A stretch of DNA of 64,000 nt, from NCBI GenBank assembly GCA_963706595.1, contig OY970166.1, positions 1,696,001 to 1,760,000 of the forward strand. Direction: 5' to 3'. A model generated the notes under the pieces. That model did no database searches. It saw only the letters and a program-made list of their open reading frames with translations, and was not told where the DNA came from. This stretch comes from an uncultured cyanobacterium. Its GTDB lineage: Bacteria > Cyanobacteriota > Cyanobacteriia > Cyanobacteriales > Nostocaceae. Positions 1 to 9,194 of the stretch are shown here, piece by piece (within the stretch, counting starts at the first letter, position 1; every line of letters begins with the position of its first letter). The position numbers and the translations under genes are program-made.

Positions 1-35
1 TCTACTAATAATGTATCGAGTCGCTGCTTCACCAA
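1..35 (-). CDS. tlyA: 5' end of TlyA family rRNA methyltransferase (runs off the window start)
   Basis: Minus strand reads TTG GTG AAG CAG CGA CTC GAT ACA TTA TTA GTA GA (MVKQRLDTLLV), identical to the tlyA start at 5537; whether this copy is intact cannot be seen. Confidence 0.7.
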   Translation of the reverse strand, partial: MVKQRLDTLLV

Positions 36-102
36 TTAACTTGATTCTCCTGGTAATAAGCTGAACAAACCTGATTTTGCACAACATTTTAAATAAAACT
101 CT

Positions 103-173
103 TGTGGGATGGGCATACTATGGCTAACGCCACGCTACGCGAACGACAAGCTCAGTACAAGTCTTGCCCGTCC
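103..173. repeat. Nested small dispersed palindromic repeats
   Basis: Outer hairpin gggatgggca/tcttgcccgtcc interrupted by tact..cgacaagctcagtacaag, itself interrupted by ggctaacgccacgctacgcgaa. Confidence 0.55.
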
Positions 174-207
174 AAATTGTGCGGCATTTAGCTAATTAAT
201 GCACAGT

Positions 208-3200
208 TTAAGATTCCCATGTAATTGTATAAGAATCTAACGAACCTTTACCCTTACCTTGTCGCCAACAATTATCTGCTTCCCATGCGCCGTTTTCTGT
301 CTTGCGTTTGCGGCTGCGGACGGTGAGGGTGTTATTTTCCAACTTCATTAGGTGATATTGCCAAGGTTCGGCGGTAGTGAGTTCGTGGGTGGGTGCGCCG
401 AATGTTCCCGCGCAGATGCGGAATAGTCCTCGTTCTGCGTCGTATTCATTAAAGCCTTTTTGGGCTTGGTGGACGTGTCCGTGGAGGAAGAAGCGGAAAC
501 CTGCGACGGCTAACTGTTCCATGAAACTTTGGTCTTTGATGCGGTCATCCCAGGCGCTATCTAGGGGATGATGCCATACTGCTATTTTGATGCAGTTTGT
601 ATATTCTTGCTGGCGGCGAATTTTTGTGAGGGCGTTGCTGAGTGTATTCATATTAATGCTGGCACGGGATTTGTAATGATGATCCAATTGCCAAGCGGAG
701 TTTAACCCTAGAATGAGCAGGTTTTGGTCGGGGAAATGGTCGAGGGTGTATTGCTGGTCATAGTCTAGAGGATAGGGTTGGTTTTTGATAGTTTGGTAGA
801 AGTTGCTGAAGTGTTCAAAGCGTTGATTGTATTTTTCTTCATCTCGCACACGAATGACACTGGCACTTTCTTCTATATATTCACCTTGCTTCAGTTCTCC
901 CTCATAGTCGTCACGGTCAATTAATTGGTAAGCTTTTTTTGCTAGTGACCAATTGAGGTCATGATTACCGGGAACGATGATAATTTGCTCAGGTTGGAGG
1001 GCGAAATCTTGGCGGAGTTCATCAAAAAATTGTTTGGCTGCTTCGTATTCTGCGGGGGTTGATTTGTTGGCGATGTCGCCGGAGAGAATGAGGGCATCAA
1101 GTTGAGGAATTTCGAGTTCATTTCGCAAGTCGGTTGCTAGTTGGTTTGACCAAAGTTTAGCTTGGTCAGGTGTGCCAAAGTGCAGGTCTGAGAGGTGGAG
1201 AATGTGCATTATGGAAGTTTTAATAAGCTGGGGGTTTGGTTTAGTAATTGGTTGAGCAAGAGAGTTGTAGTATTTACAGTTTTCTTGTATCGCTTCAAGT
1301 GCTTGTAGTACATCACTCGCATTATCTATATTATTTTCATCTTCGAGCAATTGAATTAACCCAGGAATCGCTGCCTCTGATTTGATTTCTCCCAGGGCTG
1401 ATGCCGCCCTCCTACGCACATCGGAGTTTTCATCTTCGAGCCATTTAATTAACCCAGGAATCGCTGCCTCTGATTTGATTTTTCCCAGGGCTGATGCCGC
1501 AAAATAACGCACAGATAATTCTTCATCTTCGAGCAATTGAATTAACCCAGGAATCGCTGCCTCTGATTTGATTTCTCCCAGGGCTGATGCCGCACTAAAA
1601 CGCACAGATAATTCTTCATCTTCGAGCAATTGAATTAACCCAGGAATCGCTGCCTCTGATTTGATTTTTCCCAGGGCTGATGCCGCACTAAAACGCACAT
1701 CGGAGTTTTCATCTTCAAGCAATTGAATTAACCCAGGAATCGCTGCCTCTGATTTGATTCCTCCCAGGGCTGATGCCGCACTAAAACGCACAGATAAGTC
1801 TTCATGTTCGAGCAATTGAATTAACCCAGGAATCGCTGCCTCTGATTTGATTTTTCCCAGGGCTGATGCCGCACTAGAACGCACATCGGAGTTTTCATGT
1901 TCGAGCAATTGAATTAACCCAGGAATCGCTGCCTCTGATTTGATGTCTCCCAGGGCTGATGCCGCACTAGAACGCACAGAGGAGTTTTCATCTTCGAGCA
2001 ATTGAATTAACCCAGGAATCGCTGCCTCTGATTTGATGTCTCCCAGGGCTGATGCCGCACTAGAACGCACAGAGGAGTTTTCATCTTCGAGCAATTGAAT
2101 TAACTCAGGAATCGCTGCCTCTGATTTGATGTCTCCCAGGGCTGATGCCGCCCTAGAACGCACAGGGGAGTTTTCATCTTCGAGGAATTGAATTAACCCA
2201 GGAATCGCTGCCTCTGATTTGATTTTTCCCAGGGCTGATGCCGCATAATAACGCACATCGGAGTTTTCATGTTCGAGCAATTGAATTAACCCAGGAATCG
2301 CTGCCTCTGATTTGATTTCTCCCAGGGCTAATGCCGCCCTAAAACGCACATCGGAGTTTTCATCTTCAAGCAATTGAATTAACCCAGGAATCGCTGCCTC
2401 TGATTTGATTCCTCCCAGGGCTGATGCCGCACTAGAACGCACATCGGAGTTTTCATCTTCAAGCAATTGAATTAACCCAGGAATCGCTGCCTCTGATTTG
2501 ATGTCTCTCAGGGCTGATGCCGCATAATAATGCACAGAGGAGTTTTCATGTTCGAGCAATTGAATTAACCCAGGAATCGCTGCCTCTGATTTGATGTCTC
2601 CCAGGGCTGATGCCGCCCTCATACGCACATCGGAGTTTTCATCTTCAAGCAATTGAATTAACCCAGGAACCGCTGCCTCTAATTTGATGTCTCCCAGGGC
2701 TGATGCCGCCCTCATACGCACATCGGAGTTTTCATCTTCAAGCAATTGAATTAACCCAGGAATCGCTGCCTCTGATTTGATTTTTACCAGGGCATCTGCC
2801 GCACTCCTACGCACATCGGAGACTTGATGTTCGAGTAATTTAATTAACCCAGGAATCGCTTTGTTAGATTTTGTTAAACCTAAAAGCGTAATTTTAAATA
2901 ATAGAGGAATTTCTAACCCAGCAACTAAATCAACTGTTTGCTGTTGGAATTCTGGCTTTACAGCACCTGCTAACCTTGCGCCTAACTGCCAATCTACCTC
3001 TAAGGCTAAGTTCACCACTTGCACCGCCTGCGCCCCATCATCCACCAATTCCAGCATCAATTTCAGGGGTTCAGTCCATTTTAAATAATTTAAATACTCT
3101 CGCTGGAGACGTTTATCACCGAGGTTTGGTAATTGCTTGAGCAAACATTCGGCGGTGTAATAGTCCTGAATTAGTTGGTGGCGAAATTCAATTTGGTCAT

Positions 3201-4347
3201 TTGCCCCAACTTGAATTAAGTGATGGTTGAGTAAGTCTTGCAGCCAGTTTAAAGCTCTGTCACGGGGTCTATCAAATTTCTCAGATTGCAAAAACTGGGT
3301 TAAAACTTCCTCGGCTTTTGACCTGGATATGGCAACATTTAATTCTGTCAGCTTATCCCCTGTGGTCATGTAGAATGCCAGATGTTCTAATAATCGAGTC
3401 CACCACCGCCGAGACTCATCTGTAACTGGGATATCTTGGCGATATTGACGCTCATAGGTTTGGGTAAACTGGCGAAAAACTAAACCCAAGTTCGGCGGGA
3501 TGTCTCCTGTGGCTTGAAACAATGAACACAGCATCAACAGTAGCAACGGCGTTTCTCCAAACTCCCGCAACCTGTCGCCTAAGTTCTGCAACATCTGCTC
3601 ACCCTGTTCTGGCAAATAGGCGCGGACAAACTGCTGCATCTGTTCTGCTGTCAGGGGTTGCATTTCCAGCTTCTTGGTAATACCCAAATCGCCCCCCACG
3701 CCTAAATCCCGCGTGGTGAATATCATCGGCGTGGTTTTTTCGTAGTCTTGCCGGAATTTATATAAATTTTGTCGGGCTTTTTCTGAGGGTAATTCGTTGA
3801 TACCATCTACCAACAGGAGGAATTGCCCGTCAAATAACAGTTTTTCTATGGTTGTAGTCTCCAACAGTAGGCGATGGCGCATTAAGAAATCCCGAATTAA
3901 ATCTAGGACTGAGGTTTGGTAATAGCGCAACTCTACTAGCACGGGGATTTGACCTAACCCCCCAACCCCCTTCCCTGCGAGGGAAGGGGGAGAATTAACT
4001 CCCCTCTCCGTTTCGGGGAGGGGTTGGGGGAGGGGTTTCTCCGCTTCCTCTAACAACAACCGCACCAACGCCGTTGATTTCCCCGAACCTGGCCGCCCTA
4101 CCAGTAAGACGTGTTCTTGAGCATATTTCCGCAACCCTGCCAATACATCTAAACGCTCAGTTTTCTCCTGGGTTTCGCTCCGTTCCTCTTTGGTGGGCAA
4201 TACCGTCTCCACCATAAAATTTAGCATTAGGGGCGATCGCTTATGCTCAACTCGCTGCTGTCCCACTACATCCGTCAGCGTGTAAGCATTCCACCATTGG
4301 GCATAATCATTGCTGAGTGATTCGAGATAGTCATTCCAGATGCTCAT
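208..4347 (-). CDS. NACHT NTPase + HEAT (PBS-lyase-type) repeat array + C-terminal calcineurin-like metallophosphoesterase (NLR-like)
   Basis: Walker A GRPGSGKST, Walker B LLLVDGINE, IFTTR, TPLLL, FRHQLIQDY; 16 repeats of 31 aa; LSDLHFG, SGDIAN, VPGNHD, WHHP, LHGHVH motifs. Confidence 0.9.
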   Translation of the reverse strand: MSIWNDYLESLSNDYAQWWNAYTLTDVVGQQRVEHKRSPLMLNFMVETVLPTKEERSETQEKTERLDVLAGLRKYAQEHVLLVGRPGSGKSTALVRLLLEEAEKPLPQPLPETERGVNSPPSLAGKGVGGLGQIPVLVELRYYQTSVLDLIRDFLMRHRLLLETTTIEKLLFDGQFLLLVDGINELPSEKARQNLYKFRQDYEKTTPMIFTTRDLGVGGDLGITKKLEMQPLTAEQMQQFVRAYLPEQGEQMLQNLGDRLREFGETPLLLLMLCSLFQATGDIPPNLGLVFRQFTQTYERQYRQDIPVTDESRRWWTRLLEHLAFYMTTGDKLTELNVAISRSKAEEVLTQFLQSEKFDRPRDRALNWLQDLLNHHLIQVGANDQIEFRHQLIQDYYTAECLLKQLPNLGDKRLQREYLNYLKWTEPLKLMLELVDDGAQAVQVVNLALEVDWQLGARLAGAVKPEFQQQTVDLVAGLEIPLLFKITLLGLTKSNKAIPGLIKLLEHQVSDVRRSAADALVKIKSEAAIPGLIQLLEDENSDVRMRAASALGDIKLEAAVPGLIQLLEDENSDVRMRAASALGDIKSEAAIPGLIQLLEHENSSVHYYAASALRDIKSEAAIPGLIQLLEDENSDVRSSAASALGGIKSEAAIPGLIQLLEDENSDVRFRAALALGEIKSEAAIPGLIQLLEHENSDVRYYAASALGKIKSEAAIPGLIQFLEDENSPVRSRAASALGDIKSEAAIPELIQLLEDENSSVRSSAASALGDIKSEAAIPGLIQLLEDENSSVRSSAASALGDIKSEAAIPGLIQLLEHENSDVRSSAASALGKIKSEAAIPGLIQLLEHEDLSVRFSAASALGGIKSEAAIPGLIQLLEDENSDVRFSAASALGKIKSEAAIPGLIQLLEDEELSVRFSAASALGEIKSEAAIPGLIQLLEDEELSVRYFAASALGKIKSEAAIPGLIKWLEDENSDVRRRAASALGEIKSEAAIPGLIQLLEDENNIDNASDVLQALEAIQENCKYYNSLAQPITKPNPQLIKTSIMHILHLSDLHFGTPDQAKLWSNQLATDLRNELEIPQLDALILSGDIANKSTPAEYEAAKQFFDELRQDFALQPEQIIIVPGNHDLNWSLAKKAYQLIDRDDYEGELKQGEYIEESASVIRVRDEEKYNQRFEHFSNFYQTIKNQPYPLDYDQQYTLDHFPDQNLLILGLNSAWQLDHHYKSRASINMNTLSNALTKIRRQQEYTNCIKIAVWHHPLDSAWDDRIKDQSFMEQLAVAGFRFFLHGHVHQAQKGFNEYDAERGLFRICAGTFGAPTHELTTAEPWQYHLMKLENNTLTVRSRKRKTENGAWEADNCWRQGKGKGSLDSYTITWES
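1335..2860 (-). repeat. Intragenic 93-bp tandem repeat array (16 HEAT units)
   Basis: Recurrent aattgaattaacccaggaatcgctgcctctgatttgat with 93-bp period. Confidence 0.95.
3953..4038. repeat. Double-hairpin dispersed repeat inserted in frame in the NACHT gene
   Basis: cctaaccccccaacccccttccc..gggaaggggg..cccctctcc..ggggagggg; closely related to the intergenic copy at ~4587-4674. Confidence 0.85.
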
Positions 4348-4549
4348 GGTGTGTGGAATAGTGAGATGTTGGCGTTAGGGAAAGATTAAATGTTGCTTGC
4401 CTAACCCCTGGTAACGGTGTATTTTTGACAAGGTTTAACTTACTGAGTGAAATTGTAACTTATTATCTGAGTTTAGATTTTATTAAATAAGAATCAGCAC
4501 TTTAGAGAGGCTCAGACCCTCGATTTTTTTGAGAAGTCGGGGATCTTTT

Positions 4550-4695
4550 CTGACTTTTCACGTCATGTGGAAAAGCTAACGCGAAACCTAACCCCCCAAC
4601 CCCCTTCCCTACCAGGGAATGGGGAGAATTCAAAGCCTCTCTCCTTGCAGGAGAGAGGTTTGGAGAGAGGTTTTCTAGATACCGTGAAAAGTTAG
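4550..4695. mobile_element. MITE with ~25-bp imperfect TIRs and 10-bp target-site duplication
   Basis: TIRs ctgacttttcacg../..cgtgaaaagttag; gggatctttt at both 4540-4549 and 4696-4705. Confidence 0.85.
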
Positions 4696-4761
4696 GGGAT
4701 CTTTTTTGTTCTCGAACTACGAATTATGCTAATTTCATCTCAGTGAACTTTGCTATCACCA

Positions 4762-5262
4762 ATGTCTAACCTATTACCAACTGAATCCCAGCCTAAATCT
4801 CTCGATGATTTTGAATTAGACTTGCTCAAACAGGAATATTTTTTTCTGCAAAATACGATTGAAGACTATAACAAGCAGATTTGGGTGATAAAAGCCCTGG
4901 GAATTACTGGGACTGGGGGAGTCTTAGCATTGATGTTACAGCAAAAACCCATCGCCAGTGCGATCGCCTTAATAGGTTGCTCTATTCCCTTATTTTTCTG
5001 GATTCTCGAAAGTCAATGGAAACACTTTCAGCGCGGTTTCTATCCCCGTGTTGCCGAAATTGAGTATATTCTCGCCAATACATACAACTTGAAAAGCCCT
5101 GGTATCTATGGCAGTTGGTCGAAAACCCACAAGCGTCAGCACATTTCTAAACGTCAAGGCTACCTCTGGGATGGTCTGCTCAATCGTAGTGTTTTCATGA
5201 GCTACATCCTAGAGATTATCTTTCTGTTGATCATAGCGGCGATCGCACCTAATATTTTGTAA
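4762..5262 (+). CDS. Small membrane protein with about 3 TM helices, function unknown
   Basis: ORF track; hydrophobic segments ALGITGTGGVLALML, IALIGCSIPLFFWIL, VFMSYILEIIFLLIIAAIA; ATG 4762 preferred over TTG 4750. Confidence 0.75.
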   Translation: MSNLLPTESQPKSLDDFELDLLKQEYFFLQNTIEDYNKQIWVIKALGITGTGGVLALMLQQKPIASAIALIGCSIPLFFWILESQWKHFQRGFYPRVAEIEYILANTYNLKSPGIYGSWSKTHKRQHISKRQGYLWDGLLNRSVFMSYILEIIFLLIIAAIAPNIL

Positions 5263-5537
5263 TAATTACTCTCGGTGCGCCCATCTAAACAAATGCGTCC
5301 GGTTGTGGAGATAGGGAACACATCCAAAGCCTTTACCAGTTTCTCACCTCCGCGAGACACAAAGCGCGATCGCTCTTTAATCTTAATTTGAGCCGCAACA
5401 TCAACTTCCGTCCCAGCCTTATCCACCACCTGCTGATTAACAGTCACCTCTCCCGCTTGAATTAAGCGCTGTGCTAAAGCGCGAGAAGGACATAAATTTA
5501 AATCTACTAATAATGTATCGAGTCGCTGCTTCACCAA
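5202..5537 (-). pseudogene. tlyA: Truncated tlyA 5' fragment (S4 domain, ends at ..GRICLDG)
   Basis: KQRLDTLLV..SRALAQRLIQAGEV..FVSRGGEKL..ICLDG, then sequence antisense to the neighbouring gene instead of the expected GxSTGGFTD continuation; homology ends ~5281. Confidence 0.85.
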
Positions 5538-5972
5538 TTAACTTGACTCTCCTGGTAATATCAAATCTAAAGCAAAATGAATAATTTCTTCCCGATTTAC
5601 CAACTTCTCTAATTCTTCTGGCTGATAACGACCTTCTTCCACTTCCAAAGAAGCCTGATCAATAGCATTTAAATAAGCTTCTTCTAAAGTTTCCCATAAT
5701 TCCGAGCGTGTGAGGTAATAACCTCCAGCTTTACGGCGCTTATTTTCTCGCTGAATTTCCCGAACAGAATTGCGAATAGACACTTCCCAAGAGCGAGTGC
5801 TGCGATGTTCCGCTTTTTGTTTAATTAAATGTAATAAAAGAATCACCGCGTAACTACGAATCGTTTTAATAATGTCATTTCGGCTCATTTCTGCCAATTC
5901 TTCCACGATAACCAACGCCCCTGTAACATCGCCTTTAATGAGTAAGTCTTTCAGAGTTAGTAATTCTTCCAT
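5538..5972 (-). CDS. DUF29 family protein
   Basis: EELAEMSR..LLLHLIK..RSWEVSIRNS pattern. Confidence 0.8.
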   Translation of the reverse strand: MEELLTLKDLLIKGDVTGALVIVEELAEMSRNDIIKTIRSYAVILLLHLIKQKAEHRSTRSWEVSIRNSVREIQRENKRRKAGGYYLTRSELWETLEEAYLNAIDQASLEVEEGRYQPEELEKLVNREEIIHFALDLILPGESS

Positions 5973-6165
5973 AGTTTAGCGCCTGAAACATCGGTAACTG
6001 CTATTGTCATCTGAAAGCACAGAAAACTTGTTTAAAGCCTACCTGCTTTTATTATTAAAAAAAGTAAACGCACCTTGTCAAAAAAGCCAAAGTGCGATTG
6101 TTATATTACCCGTCATTACAGACTAGGTTTGCTATCCTGCGATTTCCCATCACCAGGGCTAGATG

Positions 6166-6675
6166 CTAAATATCCTTCTCGCTCAACTCACGAGTCATAT
6201 AATCAAAAGGTTCATCCACAAAAGCAGTATCAGCGACACCTGCGGCTGCAACTTGTTCCTTCACCATATCCTTGAGAATCTGGATACCAGAAACCGTCGG
6301 GCTAATAGGTACACCCAAAGAATTGTAAGTTTCCCGCAACCCTTGAAGTACACGCTCATCCAACACATTCATATTACCCGCCACCAAAGCATAAGTAGCA
6401 TAGCGGAGGTAGTAATCCATATCCCGCAGACAAGCCGCATAACGACGAGTTGTGTAGGCATTTCCGCCAGGACGAATCAACTCAGGCTGTTCTTCAAATA
6501 ACTTAACACTGGCCTGTTTGACCAGCGAGGCTGCATTCGAGTTAATCGCCGCCGCCGCTTTTACCCGTGCTGTGCCACTTTCAAAATAAATTTTCAGGCT
6601 GTCAATCGCATTCCGGTCAAAATAACGTCCAGCAACGTCATAATTCTTAATCAAGCTTGTAACTGCATCGCGCAT
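6166..6675 (-). CDS. apcF: Allophycocyanin beta-18 subunit
   Basis: MRDAVTSLIKNYDVAGRY, GGNAYTTRRYAACLRDMDYYLRY; divergent from glnA; GGGAG SD before ATG 6675. Confidence 0.95.
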   Translation of the reverse strand: MRDAVTSLIKNYDVAGRYFDRNAIDSLKIYFESGTARVKAAAAINSNAASLVKQASVKLFEEQPELIRPGGNAYTTRRYAACLRDMDYYLRYATYALVAGNMNVLDERVLQGLRETYNSLGVPISPTVSGIQILKDMVKEQVAAAGVADTAFVDEPFDYMTRELSEKDI

Positions 6676-6901
6676 TCTTTTTTCTCCCAATCAATGCTAT
6701 CTATGGTTTGATATTAATTTGGTTGCAATTATGCACCAGTAAATTTTTGTGCCATGTATTTTATTTAAAATATGATACGACACAAAAACAATTCATCCGC
6801 TATCTAAGGATTCTATGCCAAAGTTGACCCTATCAGATGAACTTTACGTTTTGTGCAGATGTGAGACAAAAGGTTAATATAAGCTGTAATCCAGATAAGC
6901 T

Positions 6902-6944
6902 GTAACAAAAACTACAAAATCTTCTAATGTCCAGGATTTATGAT
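6902..6944 (+). promoter_or_regulatory. NtcA-activated glnA promoter
   Basis: GTAacaaaaacTAC at 6902-6915 (GTA-N8-TAC) and TATGAT -10 at 6939-6944. Confidence 0.85.
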
Positions 6945-7045
6945 ATTTCAGGTGTGTCATCTACAACTTAGTTCAAATCATCTGGGTTAGGATGCTTTGG
7001 AAGATTTTGGCTTGATTTTAGGAAATAGGTAGAGAAGGAGTAACA

Positions 7046-8461
7046 ATGACAACCGCAAAAGAAGTCTTGAAATTGATTCAAGACCAAAAAATTCAGATGA
7101 TTGATCTGAAATTCATCGATACACCAGGAACTTGGCAACATCTGACGTTGTACCAAGACCAAATCGATGAAAGTTCCTTCTCTGATGGTGTTCCTTTCGA
7201 CGGTTCCAGCATTCGTGGTTGGAAAAACATCAACGAATCGGACATGATGATGGTACTCGATCCCAACACTGCTTGGATCGACCCCTTCATGAAAGAGCCA
7301 ACGTTAAGTATAATTTGTAGTATTAAAGAACCCCGCACAGGTGAATGGTACAACCGTTGTCCTCGTGTTATTGCCCAACGCGCAATAGATTACCTAGTTT
7401 CTAGTGGTCTCGGTGATACAGCGTTCTTTGGTCCTGAAGCAGAATTCTTTATCTTTGATGATGTTCGCTATGACCAAAATGCCCATGAAGGCTACTACCA
7501 TGTAGATTCTGTAGAAGGTGGTTGGAATTCTGGGAGAAAAGAAAGCCCCAACTTGGGTTACAAAACACGCTTCAAAGAAGGCTACTTCCCAGTATCGCCG
7601 GCGGATAGCTTCCAAGATATCCGTACCGAAATGCTGCTGACAATGAAAGATTGCGGCGTACCAATTGAGAAACAACACCACGAAGTTGCTACTGGTGGTC
7701 AGTGCGAACTGGGTTTCCGCTTTGGTAAATTGATTGAAGCTGCTGACTGGCTGATGACTTACAAATATGTCATCAAGAATGTTGCCAAAAAATACGGCAA
7801 AACTGTAACCTTTATGCCAAAACCAATTTTTGGCGATAACGGTTCAGGTATGCACTGTCACCAGTCCATCTGGAGAGATGGCAAACCTTTATTTGCTGGT
7901 GATAAGTATGCTGGAATGAGTGAAATGGGATTGTACTACATTGGTGGTATCCTCAAGCACGCACCAGCACTTTTAGCCATCACCAACCCCACCACTAACT
8001 CTTACAAACGCCTAGTACCTGGTTACGAAGCACCTGTGAATTTGGCTTACTCCCAAGGGAACCGTTCTGCTTCTGTGCGGATTCCTTTATCTGGCGATAA
8101 CCCCAAAGCCAAGCGCTTAGAGTTCCGTTGTCCTGATGCGACTGCTAACCCCTACCTAGCATTTGCAGCCATGCTGTGTGCTGGTATTGATGGTATTAAG
8201 AACAAAATCCATCCAGGTGAACCCCTAGATAAAAATATCTATGAACTCTCTCCAGAAGAACTGGCGAAGGTTCCTTCAACTCCGGGTTCTCTAGAATTGG
8301 CTTTGGAAGCACTAGAAAATGATCATGCTTTCTTAACAGAATCAGGCGTGTTCAGCGAAGACTTCATCCAAAACTGGATTGACTACAAGCTGGCTAACGA
8401 CGTGAAGCAGATGCAGATGCGTCCTCACCCTTATGAGTTTTACCTCTATTACGATTGCTAA
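7046..8461 (+). CDS. glnA: Glutamine synthetase type I
   Basis: [57 protein letters not shown]. Confidence 0.99.
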   Translation: MTTAKEVLKLIQDQKIQMIDLKFIDTPGTWQHLTLYQDQIDESSFSDGVPFDGSSIRGWKNINESDMMMVLDPNTAWIDPFMKEPTLSIICSIKEPRTGEWYNRCPRVIAQRAIDYLVSSGLGDTAFFGPEAEFFIFDDVRYDQNAHEGYYHVDSVEGGWNSGRKESPNLGYKTRFKEGYFPVSPADSFQDIRTEMLLTMKDCGVPIEKQHHEVATGGQCELGFRFGKLIEAADWLMTYKYVIKNVAKKYGKTVTFMPKPIFGDNGSGMHCHQSIWRDGKPLFAGDKYAGMSEMGLYYIGGILKHAPALLAITNPTTNSYKRLVPGYEAPVNLAYSQGNRSASVRIPLSGDNPKAKRLEFRCPDATANPYLAFAAMLCAGIDGIKNKIHPGEPLDKNIYELSPEELAKVPSTPGSLELALEALENDHAFLTESGVFSEDFIQNWIDYKLANDVKQMQMRPHPYEFYLYYDC

Positions 8462-8484
8462 TTGCGATTAGTAATGAAATTTTA

Positions 8485-8509
8485 GCCACCCTATGAGGGT
8501 GGCTTTTTT
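8485..8509 (+). terminator. Rho-independent terminator after glnA
   Basis: gccaccct-atg-agggtggc followed by tttttt. Confidence 0.8.
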
Positions 8510-8611
8510 CTGACTTATCACGATTAAAAACTCGGTTTATTGCCATTTTAAAGCCAGGAACCTAGACTTTTAGTCTATTTTGGAAATCAATGAAAAGCCT
8601 ATAAAATCAGC

Positions 8612-8642
8612 TTTTTGACTTTTGACTTTTGACTTTTGACTT
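8612..8642. repeat. STRR-type heptamer repeat (ttttgac)x4
   Basis: Direct read of the sequence. Confidence 0.8.
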
Positions 8643-8662
8643 CCGCGTAGCGGTAAGCGGTA

Positions 8663-8863
8663 CTAGCTCATTGAAGCGTGGCTACTTTCATAAATCGTCC
8701 GAGTGGTTGGATCAATTTTCCCTTGAAGAGGACTCCAGTATTCAGCTAATTCTTCAGGAAGACCGAGTTCCTGTGCTGCACGCATCAGCATTGATTGTTG
8801 ACGATTCTTCACTTGCTGATATTGGCGCATTGCTAACGCACGACTTCTATCTTGAATAGACAT
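8663..8863 (-). CDS. gifA: Glutamine synthetase inactivating factor IF7
   Basis: RALAMRQYQQVKNRQQSMLMRAAQELG motif; convergent with glnA; AGGAGG SD. Confidence 0.92.
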   Translation of the reverse strand: MSIQDRSRALAMRQYQQVKNRQQSMLMRAAQELGLPEELAEYWSPLQGKIDPTTRTIYESSHASMS

Positions 8864-8924
8864 GACCACAGTCCTCCTTATGGTTTTAGTTATAAATGAT
8901 GAGGTATTTATTCCATTGATTTAT

Positions 8925-8955
8925 ATCATAGCGAGATTTCTGTAGCTAAAGTTAC
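8925..8955 (-). promoter_or_regulatory. gifA promoter with NtcA box at a repressor position
   Basis: GTAgctaaagtTAC at 8942-8955, only 11 bp from a minus-strand TATGAT (8930-8925). Confidence 0.75.
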
Positions 8956-9085
8956 AAAATTGCGTTTTTGTAACAAAAGTTTATATTTGAGTGGCTAGTG
9001 ATTGCTATTTTCTACTCAAAAGTCTTGCCAAAACTTTTTACAGGCGGATTTATTGAACCTCGCATGACTAGAAGCTTGAACCTCG

Positions 9086-9194
9086 TAGTGGCGTGACAAG
9101 CTTAAAATAGTGCATTAGGAAAAATCAGAAAACATTGATTTATCAAAATTTTCTCAAAAATCTATTGCAACATTTTAGCCTTGCCACGCCAGTA
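9086..9194. mobile_element. MITE-like element with ~23-bp imperfect TIRs
   Basis: tagtggcgtgacaagcttaaaat versus attttagccttgccacgccagta. Confidence 0.6.

Noticed and set aside
1335..2860. DGR-like diversification of the HEAT or FG-GAP repeats
   Set aside because: No reverse transcriptase or non-coding template repeat in the window; variants recur as shared blocks among tandem units, which fits recombination better
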